The notes under the pieces: generated by a model
What the model saw: only the letters and a program-made list of their open reading frames with translations
Database searches by the model: none
Told to the model about the DNA's origin: nothing
Source: Caulobacteraceae bacterium
Lineage (GTDB): Bacteria; Pseudomonadota; Alphaproteobacteria; Caulobacterales; Caulobacteraceae
DNA length: 46,344 bases
NCBI GenBank assembly: GCA_036553915.1
Contig: DATBOH010000136.1
Span: 1 to 46,344 of the forward strand
Direction: 5' to 3'
Position numbers and translations under genes: made by a program
In this document: positions 20,099 through 30,287 of the stretch, in pieces
How the letters are laid out: each line of letters starts with the position of its first letter
How positions within the stretch are numbered: position 1 is the stretch's first letter

Positions 20099-20824
20099 AT
20101 GAGCAGGGTGGCGTTCGTGACCGGGGGCACCCGGGGTATCGGTCGGGCGATCAGCGCCCGCCTCAAGGCGGCCGGCTACAAGACCGCGGCCGGCTACGCC
20201 GGCAATGAGGTGGCCGCCCAGGCCTGCGCCGACGAGATCGGCGTATTGGTGATCAAGGGCAATGTCTCCTCCTTCGCCGACTGCGCGGCGGCGGTAAAGA
20301 CCGTGGAGGACCAGCTTGGGCCGATCGATGTGCTGGTCAACAACGCCGGCATCACCCGAGACGCCATGCTGCACAAGATGAGCGAGCACCAGTGGAACGA
20401 GGTGATCCACGTCAATCTGGCTTCGATCTTCAACATGACCCGCAATGTCATCGAGGGCATGCGGGAACGCGCTTATGGCAGGATCGTCAACATCAGCTCG
20501 ATCAATGGCCAAAAGGGCCAGATGGGCCAGACCAACTATTCAGCCGCCAAGGCTGGCATGATCGGCTTCACCAAGGCGCTGGCTCAGGAAAACGCCAAGA
20601 AGGGCATTACCGTCAACGCCATCGCCCCAGGCTACATCGACACCGAGATGGTGAGTTCGGTGCCCAAGCCGGTGCTTGACCAAATCATCGCCGGTATTCC
20701 AGTCGGTCGCCTGGGCATGGCCGATGAGATCGCGCGCTGCGTGGCCTTCCTGGCCGCTGAAGACTCCGGCTTCATCACTGGCGCGACCCTGAGCGTCAAC
20801 GGCGGCCAGTACATCAGCGGCTGA
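20099..20824 (+). CDS. phaB: Acetoacetyl-CoA reductase
   Basis: [33 protein letters not shown]. Confidence 0.95.
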   Translation: MSRVAFVTGGTRGIGRAISARLKAAGYKTAAGYAGNEVAAQACADEIGVLVIKGNVSSFADCAAAVKTVEDQLGPIDVLVNNAGITRDAMLHKMSEHQWNEVIHVNLASIFNMTRNVIEGMRERAYGRIVNISSINGQKGQMGQTNYSAAKAGMIGFTKALAQENAKKGITVNAIAPGYIDTEMVSSVPKPVLDQIIAGIPVGRLGMADEIARCVAFLAAEDSGFITGATLSVNGGQYISG

Positions 20825-20867
20825 GGACAGGCGTCCAAAAACCGCCCAGATCGCCACGCATGGACCT

Positions 20868-21641
20868 TTGATGGCGCCGACGCCGCGGGCTCTCATAGGC
20901 TGGAAAGCGCCCGCCGCCGTGCTCGCCGCCGTCGCCAGCATGGGCATGGCGGGGGCGCCGGCCTGGGTGCAGAACGCCCTCTCGCTCGGACGCGCCGATC
21001 AGCTGCATGCGGTTCCGACCGTGGCCCGCTTCAGACTCGACGAGGGTGGCGACTTCGTCCTCGACCGCAGCAGCCATTCGGCCCTTCTGCGCTTCGAAAA
21101 CGGGCCGGACGCCACCGGCGAGATCTGGGTCGTGGCCCCCAGCCGCGGTCCGCGCGGCGACATCATGTTCAAGGACGACGTCGGCGACATCCTGTTGCGG
21201 GTGACAAAGTTAGGCGGCGTGACCGCCTTCACGACGCACTGGCCATCGGGCGCCGCCGCCAGCCTCGACGGCAAGACCGCGCCGTTACGCCTGGCGGCCA
21301 TGGGTCCCACTCAACTCTATCAGCGACTGGTGTACGCCAGCACCCGTTCCAGCCGCGCCGCCCGGCATCTGGTGGCGTTCGAGGCCCCGGACAGTGACGC
21401 GCGGTCGGCTCCGCTGCTCGGCGAGACAGCCTGGGTGGCGATGCAGGCCTTCGTCTCCCTGAGCGCCGAGCCGAGAGGCCTGGCCGCCGCCGCCAAGATC
21501 CGCAAGGTGGTGCTGCTGCATGGCTCCAAGCCGGGGGTGAAGGCGCAGCGCGGCGCGGTGACCGTCATCGTCGATCCCGGCGACGGACTGGTGGGCCACC
21601 CGTCCTCGGCGCGCATCGCCCAGGCGATCGAGCGCCAGTAG
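20868..21641 (+). CDS. Exported protein, DUF4908-like
   Basis: Signal-like N-terminus; FVLDR, GPRGDIMFK, GGVTAFT and PSS motifs; start position uncertain. Confidence 0.65.
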   Translation: MMAPTPRALIGWKAPAAVLAAVASMGMAGAPAWVQNALSLGRADQLHAVPTVARFRLDEGGDFVLDRSSHSALLRFENGPDATGEIWVVAPSRGPRGDIMFKDDVGDILLRVTKLGGVTAFTTHWPSGAAASLDGKTAPLRLAAMGPTQLYQRLVYASTRSSRAARHLVAFEAPDSDARSAPLLGETAWVAMQAFVSLSAEPRGLAAAAKIRKVVLLHGSKPGVKAQRGAVTVIVDPGDGLVGHPSSARIAQAIERQ

Positions 21642-21700
21642 CCGGCGAACCCTCGTCTCGAGATTTCAGCCGCAGGCGAAAAAGCTCTTGCCTTGCCTTG

Positions 21701-21722
21701 GTGTATTAGATAACTAGATCAC
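21701..21722. promoter_or_regulatory. Probable YtrA-type GntR operator
   Basis: AT-rich imperfect palindrome GTGTATTAGATAACTAGATCAC just upstream of the gntR gene. Confidence 0.55.
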
Positions 21723-21747
21723 TAACGAACTAAAGATGGAACCCGCG

Positions 21748-22128
21748 ATGGACCGGGAGTGGAACGACAGCCAGCCGATCTATCGCCAACTACGCGATCG
21801 CGTGGCGGCGATGATCCTGGAGGGGGCGCTGGGCGAGGGCGATCCACTGCCCTCGGTGCGCAGCGTCGCCGCCGATCTGCGCGTCAACCCGCTGACGGTG
21901 CTCAAGGGCTATCAGCAGCTCGTCGACGAGAGCTTGGTGGAAAAGCGTCGGGGCCTCGGTCTGTTCATCAACCCCGGGGCGCGCGAGAGCCTGCTCAAGG
22001 CCGAGCGCCGCCGGTTCGTCGGCGAACAGTGGCCGCCGATCCTGGCGACCATTCGCCGCCTGGGTTTTACAGTTCAGGAGCTGCTCCGCTCGGATTCCGC
22101 GGCGGACGGCAAGGTCAAGGAGGATTGA
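21748..22128 (+). CDS. GntR family regulator, YtrA subfamily
   Basis: PIYRQL, LPSVR, VNPLTV.K.Y, RRGLG; short C-terminal domain; alternative start at 21736. Confidence 0.9.
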   Translation: MDREWNDSQPIYRQLRDRVAAMILEGALGEGDPLPSVRSVAADLRVNPLTVLKGYQQLVDESLVEKRRGLGLFINPGARESLLKAERRRFVGEQWPPILATIRRLGFTVQELLRSDSAADGKVKED

Positions 22129-22133
22129 ATTCA

Positions 22134-23009
22134 ATGGCGTGCATCGAAGCGCGCGGCCTCAGGAAGAGCTACGGCGCGACCGTGGCCCTGGACAGCGTCG
22201 ACCTGACGGTTGGCGAGGGACGCATCCTGGGTCTGATCGGGCCCAACGGAGCTGGCAAGAGCACGGCTCTGAACGCCATGCTCGGCCTCACCGCCTTCGA
22301 GGGTGAGCTCAAGGTCCTGGGTTTCAACCCGTGGACCGAGCGCGACCGGCTGATGCGCGAAGTCTGTTTCATCGCCGACGTGGCGGTGTTGCCCAGGTGG
22401 ATGAAGGTCAGCCAGGCTCTGGACTATGTGGGCGGCGTGCATCCGCGCTTCGATCGCGCCAGGGCCGAGGGCTTCCTCGACCGGACCAACATCAAGCGCT
22501 CCAGCCGGGTGCGCGAGCTTTCCAAAGGCATGGTCACACAACTGCATCTAGCCGTGGTGATGGCCATCGACGCGCGGTTGCTGATCCTCGACGAGCCGAC
22601 TCTCGGTCTCGACCTGCTGTTTCGCAAGCAGTTCTACGACACGCTGCTCAATGACTATTTTGACCGCTCGCGGACCATCCTGGTGACCACGCACCAGGTC
22701 GAAGAGATCCAGGACATCCTCACCGACGTCGCTTTCATCGATCGCGGCCGTATCGTTCTCAATGCCAGCATGGATTCCTTCGAGACCCGCTACGCCGAGG
22801 TGCTGGCGCCGCCGGAGAAGGCCGAAGCCGCCCGGGCGCTCGGGCCACTGAACGAGCGGACCGTGTTTGGCCGCAGCATTTTCATTTTCGATGGTGTCGA
22901 CCGGGCCCGGCTTGCCGACCTCGGTGAGGTCCGCACGCCCAACATCGCCGACCTGTTCGTGGCCTTGATGGGCCCGAAGTCGTCGGCCCCGCTAGGAGTC
23001 GCCGCATGA
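22134..23009 (+). CDS. ABC transporter ATP-binding protein
   Basis: GPNGAGKS, LSKGM signature variant, LILDEP, TTH; AGGAGG RBS. Confidence 0.92.
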   Translation: MACIEARGLRKSYGATVALDSVDLTVGEGRILGLIGPNGAGKSTALNAMLGLTAFEGELKVLGFNPWTERDRLMREVCFIADVAVLPRWMKVSQALDYVGGVHPRFDRARAEGFLDRTNIKRSSRVRELSKGMVTQLHLAVVMAIDARLLILDEPTLGLDLLFRKQFYDTLLNDYFDRSRTILVTTHQVEEIQDILTDVAFIDRGRIVLNASMDSFETRYAEVLAPPEKAEAARALGPLNERTVFGRSIFIFDGVDRARLADLGEVRTPNIADLFVALMGPKSSAPLGVAA

Positions 23010-23929
23010 GCCTGTCGCAAGCCGTACCGGAGGCCGCGCCGCGGACCACAGCCGTCAAGGCTCCGATGACCCCACGGCCTTTCATCTGGTCGGTTCGCCG
23101 CGAGCTTTGGGAGCATCGGGCGATTTTCATCGCCCCGGCCGCCGTCGCCGCCCTGGTGGTGTTCGGCGTGCTGCTCGCCGCCATCCAGGTGCTGGGTCAT
23201 ATCGGCAATGTCGAAGTCACCGGCGTCCGCGACGCTGAGGCGGTCACCGCCATTCCCTATGTGATGGGCAGCTTCGCGGTCTTGATCACCGGCTTCATCG
23301 TCGGCGCCTTCTATTGCCTGGGCGCGCTGCACAACGAGCGCCGGGACCGCAGTATTCTGTTCTGGAAATCGATGCCGGTCTCTGACCTGACTACTGTCGG
23401 CGGAAAGGCGTTCGCCGCCCTGTTCGTCCTGCCGGTGGCCCTGTTCGTGATCATCGTCGTCCTGCAGCTGATCATGATGGCCATCAACGCCGTGCTGTTG
23501 CTGCCAAGCGGCTTGGGGGTCGCGAGCCTGTGGGCCCGCTGGCCGCTGTTCGATATGACCGCGGTGCTGGCCTGGACCTTGATCACGGCCGCCTTTTGGT
23601 ATGCGCCGATCGCCGCCTGGCTGCTGCTGGTGGGAGCGTGGGCCAAACGCGCGCCATTCCTGTGGGCGGTGCTGCCCCCGCTCGGGCTTTGCATGGTCGA
23701 GGGGCTCGGTTTCCACAGCGGCTATTGCTGGCGCCTGCTCGGCGATCGCCTCAGCGGCGGATTCGACCGGGCGTTCAGCCAGGTCACCATGAACGAGGCG
23801 ATGCCGGGTTTGGCGCAGATCGATCCGGCGCGGTTCTTTTCCAGCCCCGACGTCTGGATCGGCCTGGCGGCCGCCGCCGGACTGCTGTTCGCGGCCGTGC
23901 GGGTGCGCCGCTCGCGCGAAATTGGCTGA
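23006..23929 (+). CDS. ABC-2 type permease
   Basis: RRELWE, ERRDRSILFWKSMPVSD, about six TM segments. Confidence 0.88.
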   Translation: MSLSQAVPEAAPRTTAVKAPMTPRPFIWSVRRELWEHRAIFIAPAAVAALVVFGVLLAAIQVLGHIGNVEVTGVRDAEAVTAIPYVMGSFAVLITGFIVGAFYCLGALHNERRDRSILFWKSMPVSDLTTVGGKAFAALFVLPVALFVIIVVLQLIMMAINAVLLLPSGLGVASLWARWPLFDMTAVLAWTLITAAFWYAPIAAWLLLVGAWAKRAPFLWAVLPPLGLCMVEGLGFHSGYCWRLLGDRLSGGFDRAFSQVTMNEAMPGLAQIDPARFFSSPDVWIGLAAAAGLLFAAVRVRRSREIG

Positions 23930-24171
23930 GTGGGCGCCGTGACCTCGGCGATCACCTGTCTTGGGGTCCTGATGTTCCGGATGGTCCAGGTGCGGCTGAC
24001 CGGCTGGTAGGGCCGCCAAGGCGCCATCCAGGTCGTAACCTGATGTTTACGCCTAGGGGCGACGATGCGCCCGGGTCCAAACCCGCGCCCTGTCCATTGA
24101 GGGCGTGACATCACCGTGGATGCGGCTTATGGTCGCACCTTCGATTCTTTCGAAGCCAAGGAGAAATCCTC

Positions 24172-24435
24172 ATGTGGCTTACCCCGACAGACAGGCCCCC
24201 GCGGCCGCGAGCCGATGGCGGATGGGATCTTCGGATGCTCTCCGCCACTAGTCCTGTAGTTGTTCATGTAACCGACGAAGCGTTGCGCGAGGTCGCGCCG
24301 CCGGCCCTGGGGTCGCCGACCATCTATGCGTTCCGGGGCGTATTCGAGCAGATCGCCGATCGTAAGTTCATGCGCCAGGAATTCGATGACGACGGCGCCA
24401 TCAGCATCAAGTCAGCCGACATAAAATACGCCTGA
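24172..24435 (+). CDS. Small protein, DUF1488-like
   Basis: AAGGAG RBS; V.V.VTDEAL...FEQIA.RK...I.S.DI pattern. Confidence 0.6.
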   Translation: MWLTPTDRPPRPRADGGWDLRMLSATSPVVVHVTDEALREVAPPALGSPTIYAFRGVFEQIADRKFMRQEFDDDGAISIKSADIKYA

Positions 24436-24472
24436 CTCCGTTCCAGCCTCCCTAAACGGGCGGCGGCGCTTT

Positions 24473-25222
24473 TCAGCCCCGGAAATTGTCCTTGGCGGTG
24501 CGAATCGCCGCGAAGGCCTGCGCGTCCGATGGGGCGCCGCGAGCCAGCAGCGGCGCGCGCAGGAACGGATTGGTGGCCTTCTCAAGAGCCACTGAGGTCG
24601 GCACCGTCGCCTCGCCGCGTTGCCGGGCCGCGAACACCGCTTCGGCCCGCGCCTTGAGCGCCGCGCTGTCATCGACACTGAGGGCGAAACGGGCGTTGGA
24701 GGCGGTATATTCGTGGGCGCAATAGAGCGTGGTGGCGTCCGGCAAGGCGGCCAGGCGCGACAGGCTCGACCACATCTGTTCGGGCGTGCCTTCGAACAGC
24801 CGCCCGCAACCGAGCGCGAATATCGTGTCGCCGACAAAGGCGATGGAGTCGGCCTCGTCGTGATAGGCGATGTGGCCGAGCGTGTGGCCGCCGCAGTCGA
24901 TGACTGAAAACCGCGTCTCGCCGAGCGCGACCTGATCGCCGTCCCCGACCTCGCGGTCCAGCGGCGCTATGCGCCGGACCTCGGCCGGTCCGACAATGTT
25001 GGCCCCGGTGGCCGCCTTGATCTGGGCGTTGCCGCCCGCGTGGTCGGGATGCCAGTGGGTGTTGAAAATGAAATTGAGGCCCCAGCCTTCGCGCCTCAGA
25101 GCGGCCAGGATCGCCTCGGAATCGGGCGTGTCGATGCAGGCGGTGAGGCCGCTTGCCTCATCGCGGATGATGAAGCCGTAGTTGTCTTCCAGACACGGGA
25201 ACTGGCGGACGGCCAGGGCCAT
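24473..25222 (-). CDS. gloB: Hydroxyacylglutathione hydrolase (glyoxalase II)
   Basis: THWHPDHAGG, GHTLGH, GDTIF..GCGR, CAHEYT, EKATNPFLR. Confidence 0.95.
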   Translation of the reverse strand: MALAVRQFPCLEDNYGFIIRDEASGLTACIDTPDSEAILAALRREGWGLNFIFNTHWHPDHAGGNAQIKAATGANIVGPAEVRRIAPLDREVGDGDQVALGETRFSVIDCGGHTLGHIAYHDEADSIAFVGDTIFALGCGRLFEGTPEQMWSSLSRLAALPDATTLYCAHEYTASNARFALSVDDSAALKARAEAVFAARQRGEATVPTSVALEKATNPFLRAPLLARGAPSDAQAFAAIRTAKDNFRG

Positions 25223-25292
25223 GGGGCATCCTCGTTTTGGGCGTAAGATCGGATGCGAGCCTACAGCATCACAGGTGGGAACGGGAGCGCCG

Positions 25293-26015
25293 ATGCGCCA
25301 GGACGTCATAGACCTTCGCCGCTTCTACGCCACGCCACTGGGGCAGGCGGCGGCGCGGATGCTGGTTGGCAAGGTCGTCGAGGCGTGGGGCAGCCTGGCC
25401 GGGCTGGATGTGCTCGGTCTCGGCTATCCAATGCCGCTCGTGGCCGGCCTGGAAGCGCGCGCGACTGTGCTGGCGATGCCGGCGGCGCAGGGGGTCGAGG
25501 CATGGCCGGTCGCTGGAGCCAACCGCGCCTGCCTGGCCGATGAAGCCGCCCTGCCGTTCGCCAACGCCGCCTTCGAGCGGGTACTGGCCCTGCACGCGCT
25601 GGAGGAGAGCGACACGCCGGTCGACCTGCTGCGCGAAACGGCGCGCGTGCTGGCCCCGAGTGGCCGGCTGATCGTCGCCGTTACCGCCCGCCACGGCCTG
25701 TGGGCCGACGCCGAGACGACGCCGTTTGGCCAGGGGCGCTCGTTCAGCCGCCGCCAGCTTGAGGCCTTGCTGAGCGAGGCGGGCCTGCAGCCGCTGGGAT
25801 GGAACCGGGCCCTCTACGCTCCGCCGCTGCAGAGGTTGCACCGCTGGACGGCGGCCTTCGAAAGCCTCGGCGCCCGCCTGGCGCCGCCCTTCGCCGGTGT
25901 CTTGCTGATGGAGGCCGGCAAGCAGACCTTCGCCGTCATCCCCAAGGCGTCGCGCCAGCGGGTGCGGGCGATGCCGGTGCTGAGGCCGGCGCCTTTCGCC
26001 CGCGAGGCGGCCTGA
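25293..26015 (+). CDS. Class I SAM-dependent methyltransferase-like protein (YafS-like)
   Basis: MRQDVIDLRRFYATPLG, LPF....F, TPFGQGR.FS; conserved position divergent from gloB. Confidence 0.85.
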   Translation: MRQDVIDLRRFYATPLGQAAARMLVGKVVEAWGSLAGLDVLGLGYPMPLVAGLEARATVLAMPAAQGVEAWPVAGANRACLADEAALPFANAAFERVLALHALEESDTPVDLLRETARVLAPSGRLIVAVTARHGLWADAETTPFGQGRSFSRRQLEALLSEAGLQPLGWNRALYAPPLQRLHRWTAAFESLGARLAPPFAGVLLMEAGKQTFAVIPKASRQRVRAMPVLRPAPFAREAA

Positions 26016-26075
26016 GCGGCCAGATCGCGAAATCCGCTTAACCTCGGCGCCCGGCCCGCCTATGTGTGGACGGCC

Positions 26076-26420
26076 ATGAAGATGATCGTCGCCATCATCA
26101 AGCCCAGCCGCCTGGATGCTGTACTCGACGCCGTCACCCGCGCCGGAGCGACCGGACTGACGGTCAGCGAGGTGCGTGGCTATGGCCGCCAGAAAGGCAA
26201 GACCGAGATCTACCGCGGGGCTGAATATGAGGTGAAGCTGCTGCCCAAGGTGAGGCTGGAGATCGCCATATCCACTGATCTGGTCGATGCGGTAAGCGAG
26301 GCTGTGGTCGCCGCGGCCAACACCGGCAAGATCGGCGACGGCAAGCTGTTCGTGCTCGACTTGGAACAGGCGCTGCGTATCCGCACCGGCGAGCGCGACC
26401 TGGCGGCGATCACCGACTGA
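26076..26420 (+). CDS. P-II family nitrogen regulator (GlnB/GlnK)
   Basis: MKMIVAIIKP, T-loop GRQKG.TEIYRGAEY, TGKIGDGK, RIRTGE. Confidence 0.93.
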   Translation: MKMIVAIIKPSRLDAVLDAVTRAGATGLTVSEVRGYGRQKGKTEIYRGAEYEVKLLPKVRLEIAISTDLVDAVSEAVVAAANTGKIGDGKLFVLDLEQALRIRTGERDLAAITD

Positions 26421-27015
26421 GCACGAACAGGGCCGTTTCGGCGCGCAGGTTCTCAAGCCGGCCGCGTGGATCGATGGCGCGGGCCTGGCGGTTGCCGGAA
26501 AAGGCCGCGCTGGCCTGTATGCGGACGTCAAGCTCGCGGCACAGGTGGGTAAAGTCGGCCAGGGTGCACAGGTGAATGTTCGAGGTCGCCCACCACGGCT
26601 CCGGCAGGGCCGCCGTGACCGGCATGCGGCCGCGCCGCAGCAGGTCGAGCCGCACCCGCCAGTGGCCGAAATTCGGCAGGGTCACGATCGCCTTTTCGCC
26701 GATCCGCAACATCTCCGCGACTACATGTCTGGGACGCGACACAGCCTGCAGCGTCTGCGACAGGATGACATAGTCGAAAGCCTCGGCCGGGAAATAATCC
26801 AGGTCGCGGTCGGCGTCGCCCTGCATCACCGAAAGGCCGCGCGCCAGACAGGCGGCGACGCCTTCCGGGCTGATCTCAACGCCTCGGCCATCGACGCCCT
26901 TGTCGCGCACCAGCCGGGCGAGAAGCTCGCCTTCGCCACAGCCCACATCCAACACCCGCGCCCCGGCGCTGACCAGGCGGACGATCTCGTCGAAGTCGTG
27001 GCGCGGCGCGGTCAT
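26410..27015 (-). CDS. metW: Methionine biosynthesis protein MetW
   Basis: [28 protein letters not shown]. Confidence 0.93.
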   Translation of the reverse strand: MTAPRHDFDEIVRLVSAGARVLDVGCGEGELLARLVRDKGVDGRGVEISPEGVAACLARGLSVMQGDADRDLDYFPAEAFDYVILSQTLQAVSRPRHVVAEMLRIGEKAIVTLPNFGHWRVRLDLLRRGRMPVTAALPEPWWATSNIHLCTLADFTHLCRELDVRIQASAAFSGNRQARAIDPRGRLENLRAETALFVLSR

Positions 27016-28133
27016 GGGTCCGTCCAGGCCAGGGCCGCCGAGCCCAGGAAACCGCCGATGGCGGCGCGCAGCACCGGCTCATCGAGCAAGAAAGCATCGT
27101 GACCTTTGTCGCTGGCGATTTCGACGAAGCTGGTCCGGGCCCCGGCAAGGTTCAGGGCCCTGACGATCGCCTGGCTCTCGGGGGTTGGATACAACCAATC
27201 GGAGGTGAAAGAGATAACACAGAAGCGTACGTCGCGGGCCTTGGCGAAGGCTCCGGCGAGGCCGTCATCGCGGCCGGCGGCGAGGTCGAAATAGTCCATC
27301 GCCCGGGTGATATACAGATAGGAATTGGCGTCGAAGCGGTCGACGAACGCCGCGCCCTGGTGGCGCAGATAGCTCTCGACCTGGAAGTCGGCGTCGAAGC
27401 CCCACGATAGGCCGTCGCGCTGCAGTTCGCGGCCGAATTTTCGCTGCAGCGCGATTTCGGAAAGATAGGTGATGTGGGCCGCCATGCGGGCGACCGCCAA
27501 GCCCTTTTCGGGGCGCACGCCGGCTTGGGCGTAAGCCCCGCCGCGCCAGTCCGGGTCGGCCATGATGGCCTGGCGGCCGACCTCATGAAAGGCGATGTTC
27601 TGGGCTGAGTGGCGGGCCGCCCCGGCTATGGCCACCGCCGCGTAGACGCGCTCGGGGAAATCCGCCGCCCATTGCAGAACCTGCATTCCGCCCATCGAGC
27701 CGCCGACGACGGCGAACAGCCGGGCGATGCCCAGATGATCGAGCAGCAGGGCCTGGGCGCGGACCATGTCGGCAATGGTGATCACCGGAAAGGCCAGGCC
27801 CCAGGGCTGGCCAGAGGCCGGATCGATCGACGCCGGCCCGCTGCTCCCCTGGCAGCCGCCGAGCACATTGGCGCAGACGATGAAATGGCGCGCCGGGTCA
27901 AGCGGCGCGCCGGGTCCGACCATCCGCTCCCACCAGCCACGCTTTCCGGTCGTCGGATGGTTCCCGAATACATGCTGATCGAGGGTGAGGGCGTGGCAGA
28001 CGAGGACCGCGTTTGAGCGTTCGGCGTTCAGCGTCCCCCAGGTGCGATAGGCGACCTCCAGCGGCGCCAGGGAGGCTCCGGAGTCCAGCTTCAGCGGCCC
28101 TGCCAGCCGTACCGTCTCGCCGCGATCGTCCAT
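27012..28133 (-). CDS. metX: Homoserine O-acetyltransferase
   Basis: CHALT, GGSMGG, RFDANSY, SDWLY, KGHDAFL. Confidence 0.95.
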   Translation of the reverse strand: MDDRGETVRLAGPLKLDSGASLAPLEVAYRTWGTLNAERSNAVLVCHALTLDQHVFGNHPTTGKRGWWERMVGPGAPLDPARHFIVCANVLGGCQGSSGPASIDPASGQPWGLAFPVITIADMVRAQALLLDHLGIARLFAVVGGSMGGMQVLQWAADFPERVYAAVAIAGAARHSAQNIAFHEVGRQAIMADPDWRGGAYAQAGVRPEKGLAVARMAAHITYLSEIALQRKFGRELQRDGLSWGFDADFQVESYLRHQGAAFVDRFDANSYLYITRAMDYFDLAAGRDDGLAGAFAKARDVRFCVISFTSDWLYPTPESQAIVRALNLAGARTSFVEIASDKGHDAFLLDEPVLRAAIGGFLGSAALAWTDP

Positions 28134-28223
28134 CGGCGCTCAGGACCGGCAAAGCCGGCATCTGTCAACGGCGGTGGCGAAATCGCCCCCACGGCGCCGG
28201 GCGCAAAACGGGCGGTCGCGGCT

Positions 28224-28493
28224 CTATGGCGTGCGAGCGGCGGCGTCGGCGGCGGCGTTGGCTTTGCGGCTCGCTTTGGCGGCGGTGGCGCGCGTTTGTC
28301 GGGCGGCATCCTGGGCGGCCCGGTCAGCGGAGCGGCCGGCTTCGCCAGCCGCCGTCGCCGTGGCCGCCCCGGCGTCCTGCGCAGCGGCGGCGGCGTGGCT
28401 GCCCGCGGCGTCGGCCTGCTGCTGCGAGCGCTGCGAACAGGCGATCAAGGACGCGCCGAGCACGACGACGCCAAGCAGGGCTTTGAAGGACAT
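28224..28493 (-). CDS. Small Ala-rich lipoprotein (89 aa)
   Basis: MSFKALLGVVVLGASLIA-C lipobox followed by an Ala/Gln-rich helical tail; GGAG RBS. Confidence 0.75.
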   Translation of the reverse strand: MSFKALLGVVVLGASLIACSQRSQQQADAAGSHAAAAAQDAGAATATAAGEAGRSADRAAQDAARQTRATAAKASRKANAAADAAARTP

Positions 28494-28532
28494 GGCTGTG
28501 GGCTCCGGCCCCCCGGAATGGGGGCGGTTGTC

Positions 28533-28557
28533 AACGCGCCGCGTTCGTCGGCGTTCC
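28533..28557 (-). promoter_or_regulatory. EcfG/SigT (general stress) promoter
   Basis: GGAAC-N16-CGTT on the minus strand about 40 nt upstream of the lipoprotein ATG. Confidence 0.7.
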
Positions 28558-28566
28558 GGCGCGCGG

Positions 28567-29442
28567 TCAGGCGCGCTGGGGAGCGCCCATGCCATCCAGT
28601 TCGGTGACCGCCTCGGCCGGCAGCGCCAACGCCGCCGCCGCCAGGTTCTCGTGCAGGTGGGCGAGCGAAGCGGTGCCGGGAATGAGCAGAATATTGGCTG
28701 AGCGATGCAGCAGCCAGGCGAGCGCCGTCTGCATCGGCGTCGCGCCCAGTCGGGCGGCCACCGCCGACAAGGTTGTCGACTGCAGCGGCGTGAAACCGCC
28801 GAGTGGAAAGAACGGCACATAGGCGATGCCGTCGGCCGCCAGGGCGTCGATCAGGGCGTCATCGTCGCGGTGGGCGAGGTTGAAGTGGTTCTGCACGCAC
28901 ACGACTGGAGCGATGGCGCGCGCCTCGGCGAGCTGAGCGGCCGAGACATTGCTGAGCCCGAGATGGCGTACCAGCCCCTGGCGTTGGAGTTCGGCGAGGG
29001 TGGTGAACTGTTCCTCGATCGATCCCTCGAGCGGACCATGGACGCCTCCGACCCTCAGGTTGACGACATCGATCACGTCCAGATCGAGGTTGCGCAGGTT
29101 GTCATGCAGGCCGGCCGTGAGTTCGGCCGGGCTCCGGGCCGGCAGCCAGGAGGCGTCATCGCCGCGTCGTGCGCCGAGCTTGGTGACGATGGTCAGGCTG
29201 TCCGGATAGGGGTGCAAAGCCTCGCGGATGATCTGGTTGGTGACGTGCGGGCCATAGAAGTCGCTGGTGTCGATATGATCGACCCCGCCAGCCACCGCTT
29301 CGCGCAACACCGCCAGGGCCTGGTGGCGGTCTTTCGGTGGCCCGAAGACGCCTGGACCGGCCAACTGCATGGCCCCATAGCCCATGCGGTTCACGAGGCG
29401 GTCGCCGAGGCGAAAGGTTCCGGCGGCGGCGATGTCGATCAT
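28567..29442 (-). CDS. Aldo/keto reductase (YdbC-like)
   Basis: GYGAMQL, IDTSDFYG, GLSNV, IPGT. Confidence 0.9.
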   Translation of the reverse strand: MIDIAAAGTFRLGDRLVNRMGYGAMQLAGPGVFGPPKDRHQALAVLREAVAGGVDHIDTSDFYGPHVTNQIIREALHPYPDSLTIVTKLGARRGDDASWLPARSPAELTAGLHDNLRNLDLDVIDVVNLRVGGVHGPLEGSIEEQFTTLAELQRQGLVRHLGLSNVSAAQLAEARAIAPVVCVQNHFNLAHRDDDALIDALAADGIAYVPFFPLGGFTPLQSTTLSAVAARLGATPMQTALAWLLHRSANILLIPGTASLAHLHENLAAAALALPAEAVTELDGMGAPQRA

Positions 29443-29498
29443 GGCGGGTCTCCAGAAGCTCAGACGATATGGGGCGGTTGCCGCCGGGCGGTCAGCGC

Positions 29499-30287
29499 CT
29501 ATCCCCGCCGGCTGCCTACCGGGTGCGACGATGAGAGGCCGCCATCGACGGCGAGGGCCTGCCCGTTGACGTAGGAGGACTCGTCGCTGGCCAGGAACAG
29601 GGCGGCGGCGGCGATCTCTTCGGGCTGGCCGCCGCGCGTGAGGGGATTGAGCTGGCCGATCTTAGCCTCGGTTCCGCGCGCTCGGGCGCCTTCATAGATC
29701 GGCGCGGTCATGCCCGTCTCGATGATCCCTGGGCAGATGGCGTTGACGCGCACGCCGCTGCCGTACAGCACATTGGCGGCGGTCTGGACCATGTTCATCA
29801 CCCCAGCCTTGCTGGCGCTATAGGGGATGCCGCCGGCGCCGGATCGGATGCCGGCCACCGAGGCGGTGCAGATGATCGACCCGCGCCCGGCCGCGCGCAT
29901 GATCGGGCTGGCGTGCTTGATGGCCATGAACGGACCGATCAGATTGACGTGCAGCAGGGCCTGCCAGAACGCCTCGTCGATATCCTCCATCGGTGTCATG
30001 CCGCCGGAGACTCCCGCGTTGGCGTAGACGGCGTCGAGACGGCCAAATTCGCTGTGGGCGCGGATGATGGCGGCCTTGATCTCCGCCTCGGAGCCGGCGT
30101 CGCCGGTGACGGCGATGGCGCGACCGCCGGCGGCGGCGATGGCTCTGGCAGTGTCGGCGACCGAGTCGGAGCGATCGAAGCACAGCACCGCCGCGCCCTC
30201 GGCGGCGAAGCGTCTGGCGCTGGCCGCGCCAATGCCGCTGGCCGCCCCGGTGACCAGGGCGCCGCGGCCGTCGAGCTTACCGGCCAT
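29499..30287 (-). CDS. Short-chain dehydrogenase/reductase
   Basis: [16 protein letters not shown]. Confidence 0.9.
   Translation of the reverse strand: MAGKLDGRGALVTGAASGIGAASARRFAAEGAAVLCFDRSDSVADTARAIAAAGGRAIAVTGDAGSEAEIKAAIIRAHSEFGRLDAVYANAGVSGGMTPMEDIDEAFWQALLHVNLIGPFMAIKHASPIMRAAGRGSIICTASVAGIRSGAGGIPYSASKAGVMNMVQTAANVLYGSGVRVNAICPGIIETGMTAPIYEGARARGTEAKIGQLNPLTRGGQPEEIAAAALFLASDESSYVNGQALAVDGGLSSSHPVGSRRG

Noticed and set aside
23930-24010. In-frame hydrophobic 26-codon continuation (VGAVTSAITCLGVLMFRMVQVRLTGW) after the permease TGA; possible readthrough or gene remnant
   Set aside because: The permease already ends in a normal basic tail; no recoding signal or RBS is visible; too short to support
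28134-28223. SAM riboswitch upstream of metX
   Set aside because: No SAM-II or SAM-SAH consensus seen; a TTGACA about 36 nt upstream of the ATG suggests a very short leader
28543-28556. GTTC-N6-GTTC as a LexA box
   Set aside because: Spacer is 6 nt, not 7; the sequence is explained by the EcfG promoter
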